Origin: Callorhinchus milii | Lineage: Eukaryota | NCBI RefSeq assembly: GCF_018977255.1 | Contig: NW_024704743.1 | Location: 33,172,001 to 33,236,000, forward strand | DNA: 64,000 nucleotides | Direction of reading: 5' to 3' | Shown: in pieces, positions 11,381 through 24,699 of the stretch | Position numbering within the stretch: the first letter of the stretch is position 1 | How the letters are laid out: every line of letters starts with the position of its first letter | Made by a program: the position numbers and the translations under genes | Notes under the pieces: model-generated | Database searches by the model: none | What the model saw: the letters and a program-made list of their open reading frames with translations, nothing else | What the model was told of the DNA's origin: nothing

Positions 11381-13549
11381 CACTCACCCGGTGCCCAAAC
11401 CGACAGCAAACACCACAGGGAAGTCTCCACATCGTCTCTCAATGGCTCAACCTCCACATCAGCGTCTGCACACACCACACACACCATATACACCACCACA
11501 CAGCACACACCACCCCATACACCACCCATACACAGCCTCCACACAGATCTTGAGGAAGGCTGTTTTGAATAGAGGAAATCTGTGAAGGGCCAAGGCCTCT
11601 TGTGTAAAGATGAAAGAGGTTAGATTAAGGTTAGATTAAGCAGTGGTTAGACTACTGCAAGCTGCATACACCTTCTGTTCTTATTGGTTATTCTGTCTCT
11701 TACAACCGTTGACGTCACATTGCTGTTAGTGTGACTCTGTGTAGAATTGACCAAAGAGCTAACAAAGCATTGAGAAATGTTCCATTATAGCTTTATTCTC
11801 AATTAACTACTAGATTTTAAAACAGCAATTGATCACATACTTGTGACACACTGTCTTCCAAAGAAATCAGGAAAACAAAAGTAGATTGGCTGTGACATGG
11901 GGATCTTTCTTTTCAAACAGTGCCATGGGATCTTTGATGGGACATTGGTTTAATAAAAATGTAATTTTACATAGCACCTTTCAAAGCGCTTTACAGGATA
12001 GAAATGACTGCATTTTTGTAGACAAATGCAGCAGCCAATTTCCACGCAGCAATGTCTCGCTAACAGCTATGAAGTGAAAAGACAATTTTATTTTGGGGAG
12101 ATTGTTGCCCAGATTGTTGACTCTATTTGAAGAAAAGGGAGTTTCTCCTCGTGGCTGTCTTAAGAATGGCAGCTAGAAACTGGAGGGATTGGTCCAGAGT
12201 CCCCTGCCTGCCAGTCATTTAGGGAAAGGAATGTTGGAGAGTAAATGTTTCAAAAGTTATCCAAGCGCTTCACAGGATTTTCGGTGTAGTGGCTGTGTAT
12301 TTGCAAGCAAACGGATGCATCAGTTAATACAGCTTAACTGATCGAAGTAGCCACTGCTTATAGTACTCTTGCACAAAATATGCAGTCAATTCTGTGAAAC
12401 GCTTTGAGAAGTCTCAAAGAAGTGGAAAGGCGCTGTATCAAATGCAAGTTATTATTACAGTAGTAATCTGATTGATCACCTGTTAAACACCTTTTGAACA
12501 GTGCAGTAACTGCTGCTTGGAACAAACTGTCACTTCTGAGAACCAGTTTCCATTTGTGACTTGATTTTATTTTGTCTCTAAATGTAAATACATTTTTGGA
12601 GTCAGCTTGGCTCACTTGGTACCATTTTCATTTCTGAGTCAGAAGGTGGAGATCCCGTCTACCTGTTCAAGCCCCACGTCAAGACTTTGAGCTCAAAGTC
12701 TAAACTGACCCTCCAGTGCAGTGCTGTGAGATTTGGCCAATGTAAGAGTTGAGACAGTAACTGAGATCCCATCTGTCTGTTCGTCTGATGTCACTGCTCA
12801 CACCTCATTCCTCTACCCACCCCCTTCACTCAACCATCTCAGGACTTTTACATGTACCTCATCCCCTCCACTCAACAGTTGACGGCCTTCTTTAAGCCAC
12901 TATGCCCAGAACCTCTGGAACTCCTTGCCTCAATCCCTCCATCTTGCCCCCTCTCTGCCTGTCTTCAAATCACACTTGAAGACTTTCCTCTCCACCGTGC
13001 CATCAGTCACCTCCCCTCTCTTTCCTGCTCGGCATCACGTTACGCCAGTGATGAGCGCTCTGAGACGCTACTGTAGATGGCGTTAAATAAATGCAAGATA
13101 TTGTTGTTGAAAAGAGACGAAAATTTCTGGTATTTTTTAAAAAATTGCTTGTTCATTTTGTGAGACATTGCTGTGCACAAATTGGCTGCTGCGTTTGCCT
13201 ACAAATATACAGTCACTTTACAGAAATCTCTGCAATGTTTCGATACAATACAATGATATATCAGATACAAGGATTATTATTCACAGATTTGCACAGATGT
13301 AGTAAAAGACAAATAAATCAGTGTTTACTGGATTTACATTAGACTTTGTTCTGGTGGTGGTGGGGTAGAGAGAGAGATATAAAAGTGAGAGGGGTAGCTT
13401 GACCAGATTAGGCCAATTGGGGAGTCAGAGTCAAATTCAGTGTTTGTCAAATTATTCAGAACGCTTGTTTGTAAAACTGTCAATAATAATAATACAACAC
13501 AATGAAATAATACATTGTGTAATAATAAAATAATAATAATAAAACACAA

Positions 13550-13864
13550 TGTTCCAAAACTAGGGGTCATAGTCTCAGGATTAAGGGACAGCCCTTTAGA
13601 ACAGAGTTGAGAAAACATTTCTTCACTCAGGGTAGTGAATTTATGGAATTCTTTACCCCAGAAGGCTGTAGATGCTCAGTCATTGAACATATTCAAGACT
13701 GAGATAGATAGATTTTTTTAAAATTACTAACGGTATTAAGGGATATGGGGATAGGGCGGGTAAATGGAATTAGGGTAGTAGATCAGCCATGATTTTATTA
13801 AATGGCAGAGCAGGCTCGAGGGGCTGAATGGCCTACTCCTGCTGCTATTTCTTATGTTCTTATG
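13550..13864 (+). mobile_element. CR1 (shark HER1-type) LINE 3' end
   Basis: RGHSLRI...FFTQ..VNLWNSLP remnant; gggctgaatggcctactcctgct...(ttcttatg) tail. Confidence 0.85.
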
Positions 13865-14266
13865 AAAGAGGATCAGGCAGCTTGGACTATTATTCAAAGT
13901 AAAACCAATAAACCTGGTGAGATTTCCTAAGCAAAACTTGCTGCCAGAACATGAGGCAACTTCAAGAAACTATTATATAAATTTAATGGATTATTCTAAT
14001 CCTGCACATGCATCTGTGCCAAAGAACCGTCTCTTGTGGTTTGTGGTTGCATGCTGCTCTGCTGGCCAGTAGATTAGAATCCTACAATGGATTACCTTTC
14101 CACAGTGCGCTTTTCAGTAGTTGCAAAAAGTAGCACTGAAAACTTGGTAAGAGCATTGTACACCTGCAGATAGAACAGTATAGTGTTCTTAGTGATTATC
14201 TGGACTGGCAATGTTTGTGATGTGCTGTTGGGAAGTGAAGAGACTTTGGGATCCAATTTATAAGAA

Positions 14267-14680
14267 TAATAATCCTTGCATTTGATATAGCGTCTTATCA
14301 TGTTTTCAAGACGTCTCAAAGCGCTTCACAGAATATATTGTAAAGTGAATTAACTGTATATTTTGTGGGCCTACAGCAGTATCCCACAAACAGTCGTGTA
14401 TTGAGTGACCAAATTATTATATGGGATTATTTCTCCTGGAAAAGCGATCCGCCAATTTACTAACAATTGAGTTCCTACTTACTGTTGGTAAACAGGCGTT
14501 TGATTGTCCAAAGCACTGATTGTCCAGCGCCTTGGGAAGGCCTCCTGATTTGAAAGACGCTATACAAATGTAATTTTGTTGTTGTGCGGAGTAAGGAAAC
14601 TTGCCTAACATTTCGCCCTGCCCAGGAATCGAACCAGGGTCTCTCGCTTGCGAGGCGAATGCTCTAACCACTAAACTACA
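14267..14680 (-). mobile_element. Deu SINE, long subfamily, containing an ~85-bp L2 3' tail insertion (about 14500-14585)
   Basis: Head, extra ~65-bp segment and Deu core present; plus-strand L2 terminus with ttgttgttg tail inside. Confidence 0.85.
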
Positions 14681-14768
14681 GAAATTTGAGATATTCACAA
14701 ACTGATTAGAATATCGGCAATTCTGTAGGGGATCTAGTGTGTCGCAGGCGAACTCTCACCAGGCATGT

Positions 14769-15080
14769 TAGTAATAATCCTTGCATTTGATGTAGCGCTT
14801 TTCACGTCTTCTCGACGTCTCAAAGGGCTTCATAGAATATGCTGTAAAGTGAATTGGCTGTATTTTTGTGGGCGAAACGCGGCAGCCAATTGCGCACAGC
14901 AGTGTCCCACAAACAGTCGTGGATTGAAAATGACCAAATTATTATTGTTTTTGTTTTTTGGAGGGATTATTATTAGGCGTGTGGAGTAAGGAAACTTGCC
15001 CAAGGTTTCACCCTGCCTGTAATTGAACCCAGGTATCTCGCTTGCAAAGGGATTGCTCTAACCACTGAGCTACAGGCCTC
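14769..15080 (-). mobile_element. Full-length tRNA-derived Deu SINE
   Basis: Reverse complement matches 35099-35409 along its length. Confidence 0.9.
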
Positions 15081-17519
15081 CACGTTCTCCATGTTCTTTG
15101 ACTGTAAGCCTGTGTCACTGAAGTGATAAATCAATCGAGATGCAGCAGGTCATCCTGAGATATCAGCGACTTCTCAGAATAGGAGGGGTGGGGTTTGTGT
15201 GGAGAATAAACACTGGAACGGACTAGTTACGCCGAACAGTCTGTTTCTGAATGGCTGTATCACTGTATATAACTGTAATTTGCACATTTTGCTATTAATG
15301 AAATCTAATAATTTGGATTTAGCAATTGTGCAGATTTTAAGCAGAGATTCATCTAAATTAAACTTGAAAGCAGTTTGAATTTGAGGTAGAAATTTTGTTG
15401 ATTCAACAGTTGATAGAACTACACATAATTGATTAATTATTAATTTGTGGCATTTACTGTAAAATATACTTTACAATCCTCTGAAGCTCCCATTGCACTT
15501 TACAGTGTATCCTATGAAGCTCTTTGGGATGTCCTCTTAATGTGAAAGGCACTGTGTCAAATGTAAAAATTATAAATAAGAACTACACTGGTAGAATTTA
15601 ACTTTCTGTTTATTTACACAGAGGGTGGGTGATTGGAACTGGCAGATCATCTGCCGAAACCCTCTTTTCTCCCCCAATGTTAGATGGGTAGAGCAATTGT
15701 GGAAACCTGGGCCGTTCGAACTTTTTGTTTGTAAAATTTTACATTCAATGGAATTCAATGGACAGCAACCTGTTGTTCTTTTTTTATTCCTAATTCCTCC
15801 TTGGTTCATAGATTTGCAAGTGAAGCTAGTCGCACCTGTATTTCTGTTCCACCAATTTGTTTATCTGCTGGTAGAATTTTTTCGCTTCCTTTTTCCCATC
15901 CCAATGGCAAAGGCATTAAACACGCTATACTCCACAGTAAATTATGTGGCGCCTTACATACCCCAAAATGAGATGTGTAGGAGTGTGGTCAGCTGATAAG
16001 TTCTCCTGCTTTTAGAAAAATAGAGGATGATCCTTTTGTTTCATATGATTTTGTAATATCACCCAGGCAGAACAGACTTTCAAATCCAGGATGATAGCAG
16101 AAGATTGCTAGCTGGTTTTATGTTTTATGAGCAAAGGTTCACGAGCCCCTCTGTCCCGCTCTGCAGCCTGGGGATTTCAGTATGTCACTCAGTGCCCTGA
16201 AATGAACTGTACATTTTACCTAGCATGAAGTAGAAAACTTGGTTATTAGTCAAATGTTGGATCGCTTTTCAGGGGTAATAAACCCTTCAAAAAAATAATA
16301 ATAATAACTTGGTCACTCAATCCACAACTCTTTGCAGGACACTGCTGTGCACGGTTGGCCGCCGCATTACGCTCACAAAATATACACTCAATTCAGTTTA
16401 CAAAATATTTATTCTGTGAAGGACTTTGAGACGTCTCAATGATGTGATAAGGGACTTTATTAAATGTAAGGATTATTATGTTTTTTTTTAAAAAAGTGCA
16501 TTTTGCAGAAAGCCTATAAAGGCTCAAAAAAGGGAATTAGGTAAATTTCAGAAGAGGAGTATTGACAATCACAGGGTTGCTCCAAGCAAGTAAGTGGGAT
16601 TTGATGAGATGACTTAGGTGGAGGAATAAGACCAGCACAGGCTCGATAGATAGAATATAAGTTGGGTTGGTAGCATTTTATGATTTGTTACACCTCTTCT
16701 TGCATGCGATATTCCCTTTCGGTGGCTTACTCATTGTATAGTGGAATTTAATTCTGCTGAACAACAGTGATCCCTTTTGATATCCGACTCCAGTCAAGTG
16801 CTCAGGCAGCCCTGCCTGCTCTTGCAATTGCTTTGAGTATAAAGAAAGCAGAACCTGTCAGGCAAATGGAGCATTGACTGCAAAGTTGTAAGCCTCCAGT
16901 GCGAATAACTAATAATTGGCACAATTGAGAACCCTCATGTGCTGTTTAACAGACAGTCAGGCAGGCAGCCAATTGCTTCATTTTGTTAACCAGCAACACG
17001 CCCAACAACAGCTTGGCTGGGCAGCTGTGGAAGTGCATATCAATCCACTATACCCAATGGTCATAACTTTCAAAACTTGGAAAGCCAGAATGAGTTACAA
17101 ATAATAATAATAATCCTTGCATTTGATATACATCTTTGATGTTTTCACAACTTTGTGAGGAACTTAAACTCTGCCGTGGATGTTGAAGCCATAGCTTCTA
17201 ATGGAATATGATGTCCCTGTATGCCAGTGCCCGCTTTCACTTCTCCTGTCGACTGACCTCTCTTCCCAAGTTATTCACTTAATTAATGTTTTAATGGGGT
17301 CTTCTGTGCAGTAGTTTTCAAAGAATTTCTGAGGAAACTAATTATGTCACACTGACCCATAGTACTTTGCTCCGCTTATTAGATGGAGTTACTTCTTGGA
17401 TTCCTGATTCAGTAATTCCATTAGAAATAGAAGCATTTTAGGGCAATTATTTATTCTGGTCTCAAAATGGCTTAATGTTTTCCATCTTTGTTCTCATCCT
17501 AGCATTTAACTTCCCAACT

Positions 17520-18025
17520 CTTCCCTACATAAGCTGCAAATTATTCAGAACTCTGCATCTCATGTCTACTCCCACACCAGGCTCTGTAAGTCTCTCACTC
17601 CCATCCTCGCCCGGCTTCACTGGCTCCCCATCCCCCAGAGGATCAAGTTCAAGATACTCATCCTCGCTTTTAAAACGCTCCTTGGTCTTATCCCACTGTA
17701 CCTCTGTGATCTTCTAAAGCCTTACCAACCTGTCCGTCCTTCTGCTTGGCGGGTACTGGCCCGCTTCACATTCAAGCATCCTGCTTTCCCCAACATCGGC
17801 AGTCAGGCCTTCAGCTCTTCTGCTCCCACTCTCTGAAACTCTTCAAGGCCCATCTCAAGACCTACCTCTCTGACTGTGACTTTGGTCATCTTCCCACCCC
17901 CAACCCCCTTGGCTCTCACCGTTCTCGAATCCAATCCGCTGCTTGGGTGCAAACCCTTAACTATCCAGTGTCTTGGGATATCCTCCTAATGTCAAAGGAG
18001 CTGTACAAATGGAATTTGTTGTTTT
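17520..18025 (+). mobile_element. L2 LINE 3' fragment
   Basis: cttcactggctcccc...aggatcaagttcaagatactc; ttgttg tail. Confidence 0.8.
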
Positions 18026-18279
18026 GTGGGTTTGGAAGACTTTTAGCAAAAGCTAAAATATGATACAGCGATCATTTATTATAATCCTTGCATTTGCCCC
18101 TGCTGCTATTTAGACATTAAAAGTAATTAAAACTGAGACATTTCTTGCAGCATTCAGTAATTCTCTATGATTAAAGTGCCAGACTGATTATACAGGACAT
18201 GTGCACTGTTTTTGGCAGATCTCTAAATTACCTGCTGGGCTAATTCATAAATGTACAAGCTGTAGCTTTAATCAAAAAG

Positions 18280-18597
18280 GCATTTGATATAGCGCTTTTC
18301 ACATCTTCTAGACTTCTCAAAGCACTTCACAGAATATACTATAAAGTGAATTGACTGTATATTTGTGAAAACGTAGCAACCAATTGCGCACAGAGGTATT
18401 CCACAAACATTCATGGATTGAGTGACCAAATTCATATTGTTTTTTGTCTGTTTTGTTTTTTGGGTTTTTTTTCTTGGAAGGATTATTATCAAGCATGTGG
18501 AGTAAGGAAGCTTGCCCAAGATTTCGCCCTGCCGGGAATCAAACCCAAGTCTCTCACTTGCAAGGCGAGTGATCTAACCACTGAGCTACAGGACTCC
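18280..18597 (-). mobile_element. tRNA-derived Deu SINE
   Basis: Matches the family consensus. Confidence 0.88.
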
Positions 18598-19334
18598 ACT
18601 GCATCTTATCACATAGAAACTTAAAATTATTAGTGATCAGTGTAGTGGTTATTTGCTTTTTGTAGGCAAATGTGGCAGCCAATTTCATGCAGCAAGATCC
18701 CACCTACAGCTTAAGCTGAATGACCATTTCATCAGGAAGATTGTTCATCATGATAATGGGCAAAACTCCATTTTCGAATAGTGCCCTGGTATTGACTTTG
18801 CTTTATGCAAGATTTTAGCCTGCTTCGAAGATTTGTTTCTGTTACCAATACCTAACCTAATGCTAATACAGTATATTATATCCACTCTGTAATAATAGAC
18901 ACCCTACGGTCCTCCTCTCAGCAAATATCAGTCTGCTTCATACCCCATCCAATCTACCCACTATTGGTAGGCGAGCTTTAAGCCATTCTACCACAATCTC
19001 TCGAGTACCTTATTTTGTCCCCTCCTTTCCCGCTTTCAAAACCTTAAGGCATATATCTTTGACAGTGTTTTTGTCCATCTTTTCTCTTCCCTCTCCCCCT
19101 CAGGCTTCTAGTCAGCCCCGTGGAGCACTTTGAAATGCCATCCTGACATGAAAGCCATAAATATAAATTGTAATTTATTATTTGCATTGCTCTTTCATTA
19201 AAGTTTAGGGGTCGGCTTGGCTTGTTTGGTGGCACTCTCACATCTTGGTCCGAAATTTGTGGTTCAAGTCCTGCTTGAACTCAGTGTGCGAGGTTATGTT
19301 CCAGTGCAATACTGGATGAGTTCTTTTTTTTGGC

Positions 19335-19921
19335 CTGCTGGAAATCATTACCTTGCTTAAGAGTCTCCAAACCAAACAGAGATTTCCATGCATCCGACTT
19401 ACACATAGAAAACCCAGAGTTAGATTGTTGCAATGGAATGCACTCTCTCTCCCTGGAAGGATACATCCTATTTATCTAATTCCGGAAAGTATTAGGTGCA
19501 GGTTGGCAAGAACCAAGGCTTGGGGATCCCAGAGTGCCTGTCGGGGTACTGCTGGAGTCTAACCAAGTAAAACTGCATAGCTTGGCTTTGAAAGCACCAA
19601 CTAGCAAGCTTTCCTGCTGTTTGTCCACCTAGCATCGCCCTATCCATGAGGGCTTTGACTTGCAGGGTTATTTTAGTAGGAAGAATCCATGCCCTGGTGA
19701 CTGGTCTGCTCTTCCAGATCCTGCCGATGAGCCAGGCTGGCTGTACTGTCATCAGCAACGCCCTGGAATACTGCGGACCTGTCTGGCTCAGGAACTGGAC
19801 TACCGAGACCGCCACAGGGGGCTGGCTCAATTCTGACATTCCATTGCCACATATGTCACCTTGGAGCCAGTTCAGCTCCAAGGAGACCCCACTTACCTCA
19901 CCCCAAGAAAGATAGTCACTA
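19335..19921 (+). repeat. Unclassified ~600-bp interspersed repeat, best-preserved copy
   Basis: Shares GGTTGGCAAGAACCAAGGCTTGGGGA, GGGCTTTGACTTGCAGGGTT and GATGAGCCAGGCTGGCTG with six other loci. Confidence 0.8.
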
Positions 19922-20897
19922 GTTGATTGTTCGACATCCGACAAGCGTGGGTTTGAGCCCTTACTAGGTGGATGGTAAGTACGAGGCACTCCCTGCGAGC
20001 TTCCCACTGGGTGAGCTTTGCATGGTTGGAATGTTGTTCTTTGGGTGAGATACTAAACCAAGGACCTATTTGGCAGTCATTAAAGATTCAAGCCTCTAAA
20101 AGAGGGGCCCATTTGCTTGTTTTAAGTTGAATGTTAAAGATTCCATAGCTATTCAAAAAGACGAGGCTGGCCATTACCCTGGCCAATAAAAACATAGGCT
20201 TTGTTCTACCAACGCTTGCATCTTGACACTGGTATAATCCTACTCAAACTTCTCTGCAAACCCCAGAAAGGGCATTGCATATCAGTACAGAAACACAAAT
20301 CTTATTTCATTTGAACAAGTGCATCTAGATTACAAACACTGCAAGTCCTCATTCTTTATTAAACAGAATTTAATGTGATGGCCAACTGTACCAGGAGCCA
20401 ATTAATTGAATCAGTGAAACCCAGATTTGCTTTACCAAATACCAGAGGCTGCATATAATGGTCAATTAGAAGAGATTAAAGCGAAAACCTACTATTGCTG
20501 GAAATCAGATACAAACCAGAAAATGAAGCAAATGCACATCTGGTCAATGAGCATCTGAAAGAAAAAGCCAGAACATGGCAGTGTTGAAGAAGTTCATCCC
20601 TCTCTCTGTCCTGACGTTTGCTTCCCTCTTGTCTCTTTTCACCCTGCTCACCAACATGTCATTTCTTTTTTTTGTGTGGATCGACTGTTTAATTGCCTAA
20701 ACCCTGTTTTCATATCTGGATTTCTTGGAAAACTGCCTCCGAAGCATTTCTGTGAGTTCCAGTTTAAGGGTCTCCTTCTGTTTGCCAGCACTGATCTGTT
20801 CAGTTGGTGCTCCTCTAACCACTACGCTTGGAGGAGGGGCCTTCTTTATCTGGACTTTTCTTTACTTGTTCCTGTAAAGTGAAGTCTCCCATTGCCT

Positions 20898-21268
20898 TAT
20901 AATAACAATAAGCCTTGCATTTGATATAGCGCTTTATCACATCTTCGAGACATCTCAAAGTGCTTCACAGAATATACTGTAAAGTGAATTGACTATATTT
21001 TGTGGGCAAAACGCGGCAGCCAATTGCGTACAGCAGTGTCCATCAAACAGTCATGGATTGAGTGACCAAATTATTTTTATTCATATTGAAGGAATTGTCA
21101 CCCCCGGAAAAGCAATCCATCAATCGACTAACTGCTACCTACTTACTGCTAGGTAAACAGGCGTGTGGAGTAAGGAAATTTGCCCAATGTTTCACCCTGC
21201 CCGGGAATCAAACGCAGGTCCTCTCGCTTGCGAGGCAAGTGCTCTAACCACTAAGCTACAGGACTCCA
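20898..21268 (-). mobile_element. Deu SINE, long subfamily
   Basis: Full head, extra segment, Deu core and tail. Confidence 0.88.
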
Positions 21269-21304
21269 CCAGCTGACAGTTCCCATCCAAAAAAAAATAA
21301 AAAA

Positions 21305-21481
21305 AGTGGTCATCACTTCAATCCACGACTGTTTGTGGGACACTACTGTACGCAATTGGATGCTGCGTTTTGCCCACCAAATATACAGTCAATTCACTTT
21401 ACAGTATATTCTGTGAAGCGCTTTGAGACGTCTAGAAGACGTGAAAAGCTCTGTATCAAATGCAAGGATTATTATTATTAT
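21305..21481 (+). mobile_element. Deu SINE 3' half, inverted relative to its neighbour
   Basis: Deu core plus (ATT)n tail. Confidence 0.88.
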
Positions 21482-23799
21482 CCATCTTGATAAACGTGAT
21501 ACATCTCAATCAGCCTTACCAGTGCCACAGCTTGAAAATGTATAAGTGAGGGAACATCCTCATTTGGTTGGGTGCAGAAGGCAGTGGCTGCTGTTCTGAA
21601 TTGCTTTTGTTGTCTTCTGGCATTCTGGCAAGCTGGATGGGAACTGTCAGCTGGTAAGCAGATTAGCTTCTTGTTCAACCTCTGGAATGCACTATGCTTG
21701 CTTACCCTCTCCTCTGCACAGCTCAAGACTGATAATTCAGACCTTCTTTGAACAGACATTGCTAGATTTAGTTTGTTGAAGTCACTGTGCAGCCTTGAAT
21801 ATATTGGTGACTGATGTGGCATTCTTTTCATAGACCGACCTTGAAAAAGTTTCTTGTAGCAAAACCTATTTGGACGTTAAATCTGTGGAAAGTTGCAAAA
21901 CTTTCTACTAAAAATAGGCAGCAGTGAAGTCAGTCGATTGCTAAACTATTTTTAAGCAGAAACCTTTTTAATCGTTTCAAGTGTCAGTCAGCCTCAGTTC
22001 GTAGCACTCTTGCCTCTGGGTCAGGAGATTATGAGTTCTGTGGCAGATGCATCTGTTCCATCATTCTTAGTTGATTCTACTCCGTGTTTTGCAGCAGATG
22101 TGGGTGATTGAGATGGATCATGTGTATCAGACAAATTGTGTGATGTACACAGTACAGTTGAATAGTTTCAGACAAAAGTTTGTTTTTTTATCAACTACAG
22201 CGGGAAAAAACACAAAATGTTAAATTTGGCTGACAAGCTATTCAATAGTACAAAATTAGGACGTTTTGTTTTTAAAAATACTTAAGAAAAAAAGCTACTT
22301 CTTTGCAGAAATAATTTAAAAATCTTGCCTTTTTAATTTAAACATTTAAGAATGTGAGTTTGAGGGGAAAGGAATAAAATAGTTAATTATAGTCAATTAA
22401 AAATAATTATTTTACCACATCACAAGATTGCTTCAGATGAAGAAAGCCCTTCATCCCATTTGATCTTGTTCTTCCAGAATAACCACCCTACTGTCCTTTT
22501 ATCAAAGCATCAATTTTTTTTTAAAAATGAGTCCAGTGTTCTTTTCTTTTGGATTTTACCTTCTTAACTAAATTGAGTAAATTGGGAGCTCTTAAAGAAA
22601 GAGCATGGCAAAACTTATGATTTTTTTTAAAAAAGGATTTTTTAAATCCTTACGTAATAATAAGCCTTGCATTGGTATAGCGCCTTATCATGTCTTAAAG
22701 CGCTACACAGAATATACTGTGAAGTGAATTAACTATATTTTTTGGGTGAAAATATTCACACTCAAGAGCAAATAGAGGGGATAGTTTTTGTTCAATGCGT
22801 TATCAGTAGGAATGGAGACAAGTAAAATTTGTATAATTTAATCCTTTCCTTGTATAACATCTGCACTTGTGACTGGTTACTTGTCATTCCCTTTGCATTG
22901 GGCTATGTCAGGGCCTTTATTGTGGGAATGAACCAGTGAGACTCCTTTGGGATTAGGATGGATACTCAATTCATAAGCACAATGAACCACTCCAGTTCCC
23001 CCCAATACAAATGTCACTGAAGCAGCCAAGCTAGATGAGGCGGGTCCCAGGTATCATCAAAGAATTATTTTGTGACATTCTGTTTTTATTGGGAGTTCTT
23101 TGAACATAAACTCTAGTCACTCATTAAGGCAAACAACCTTGATTTGTCTGAGGATAAAAATGTTTGGACAAGACCCGCCTCTACACATTGTATTCAAACT
23201 ACATAGTGCTCTGGTTAGGCCACACCTAGAGTACAGCACACAGCTCAGGTCGCCACGTATAAGGGGCAGCTCAGCTCCCACACTAGCCTCCGTGAGCCCA
23301 TCACCCCCACTCGTTTGGCTCCATGGGCTCCCTCTCCTCCAGCAGATCAATTTTAAATGCCTCCACAACCTCGTGCTCACCCTCAAATGTTTCCACAACC
23401 TTTCTCTACCTCGCTGCCATCTATTGCAAAGCTACCTCCCCATCCACCCCATCCTTTCCGTCAACTCCGGCCTGCAATGTGTCCACCGTCCACTCCACCC
23501 CAAAAATGGCTGACAAGCTTTCAGACAGTTTTGAACCCACCCTGTTGAGTTCTCTTCTGAAATCTCTCCACCAGGCCTCCACTGCTTTTAAAACACACCA
23601 GAAACCTGTGTCTTCAACTGCACCTTCAGCTAGATTCCTCCATGTTTGGTCCCCCTCTCAGACGTTTCAAAACACTTTGAGACGTTCTATATGAGAGGCA
23701 CTATGTGAGTGCAAATTGTTATTTTACTGTATGTACCTTGGCTAATACAATTTCATTAACACTCCAATAGCCTAACATGTAACACCTTCTTGTTAAGGT

Positions 23800-24345
23800 C
23801 ATGACTCGCACTACCTGCCCCACTTCTGCAACATCGCCCGGCTCTGCCACTATCTCATGCCGCAGGCCGCTGAGACCTTGTACATGCATTCAAAACATCC
23901 AGGCTTGACTATGCAAGCTCTCTGCTTGTCAGCCTCCCCAAATCCTCTCTCCATAGGCTGCAGATCATCCACAACCCTGCAGCCCGTGTCTTCTCCCGCA
24001 CCAAACTCCGTGACGCTATCACCCCCATCCTCATCCGACTCCACTGGCTTCCCATCACACAGAGGATACAGTTCAAGATCCTGGTCCTTACCTTCAAAGA
24101 CCTTCACTTCCACCCTCTGGAACTCCATCCCACAGTCTCTCCGCCTCGCCCCTCCCTTGCCACCTTCAAGACCCGTCTGAAGACCCTCCTCTTCGACTTG
24201 CCCACGATCACCCTTCTTCCCCCACTCTGCCCTCCACCCTCTCCAATCCCGACCTCCAGCTCGGGTCCAAAACATTAATTGTCCAGCACCTTGGGACATC
24301 CTCCCGACATGAAAGGCACCATTCCAATGTAATTTTGTTGTTGTT
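23800..24345 (+). mobile_element. L2 LINE 3' fragment just upstream of coding exon 2
   Basis: AAETL...RLDY, LHWLP remnants; (TTG)n tail. Confidence 0.85.
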
Positions 24346-24573
24346 AAGTAAGACTTGTTAAAATGTCTGTGCTAGCTTTGGCTCCTCCACTGCGGTTAAA
24401 CAGGTCATTTTAAGTACTAGACCCCAGTTGACTGAGGCCAATTTCTTTGTTCACGACTTTTTGTTAAAGTTGCCCCTTGTGATAAATGACTAAATATTAA
24501 AAAGCTCACAGTATTTAGCCATCAGTCTGCTTTAGACCTCATACACTTTGCTTTGTGTACTTTTAACGCCTAG

Positions 24574-24699
24574 GTCTGCTGACGTTGGTGAATTGTGCCA
24601 AAGTGAAATGGGGAGCCATTCTTCAGGTGGTCTCAACATTTGCCAAAGTGATCGCATTAATTATCATCATCATTGCTGGGGTGGTGAGGCTCAGCCAAG
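24574..24699 (+). CDS. SLC7A6/SLC7A7-like: y+LAT-like coding exon 2 (126 nt): [42 protein letters not shown]
   Basis: Acceptor cctag, donor gtaagt; phase 1 to phase 1; homologous to y+LAT LLTFINCAYVKWG...AKVLAL; same size as the human SLC7A7 exon as I recall it. Confidence 0.95.

Noticed and set aside
11146..11553. Pro/Gly-rich ORFs across the gap
   Set aside because: Chimeras of L2 sequence, Ns and a low-complexity tract.
19492..20007. 171-aa minus-strand ORF in the unclassified repeat
   Set aside because: No recognisable domain, and no comparable ORF is listed for the other copies.
20480..20670. Possible Penelope-like terminal hairpin remnant (also about 36930-37040, 40150-40400 and 59500-59700)
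   Set aside because: Too degenerate to support by eye.
20700..20880. Coding-looking minus-strand stretch after a tttacag acceptor
   Set aside because: Stops occur in all frames read from the acceptor, with no homology I recognise and no partner exons.
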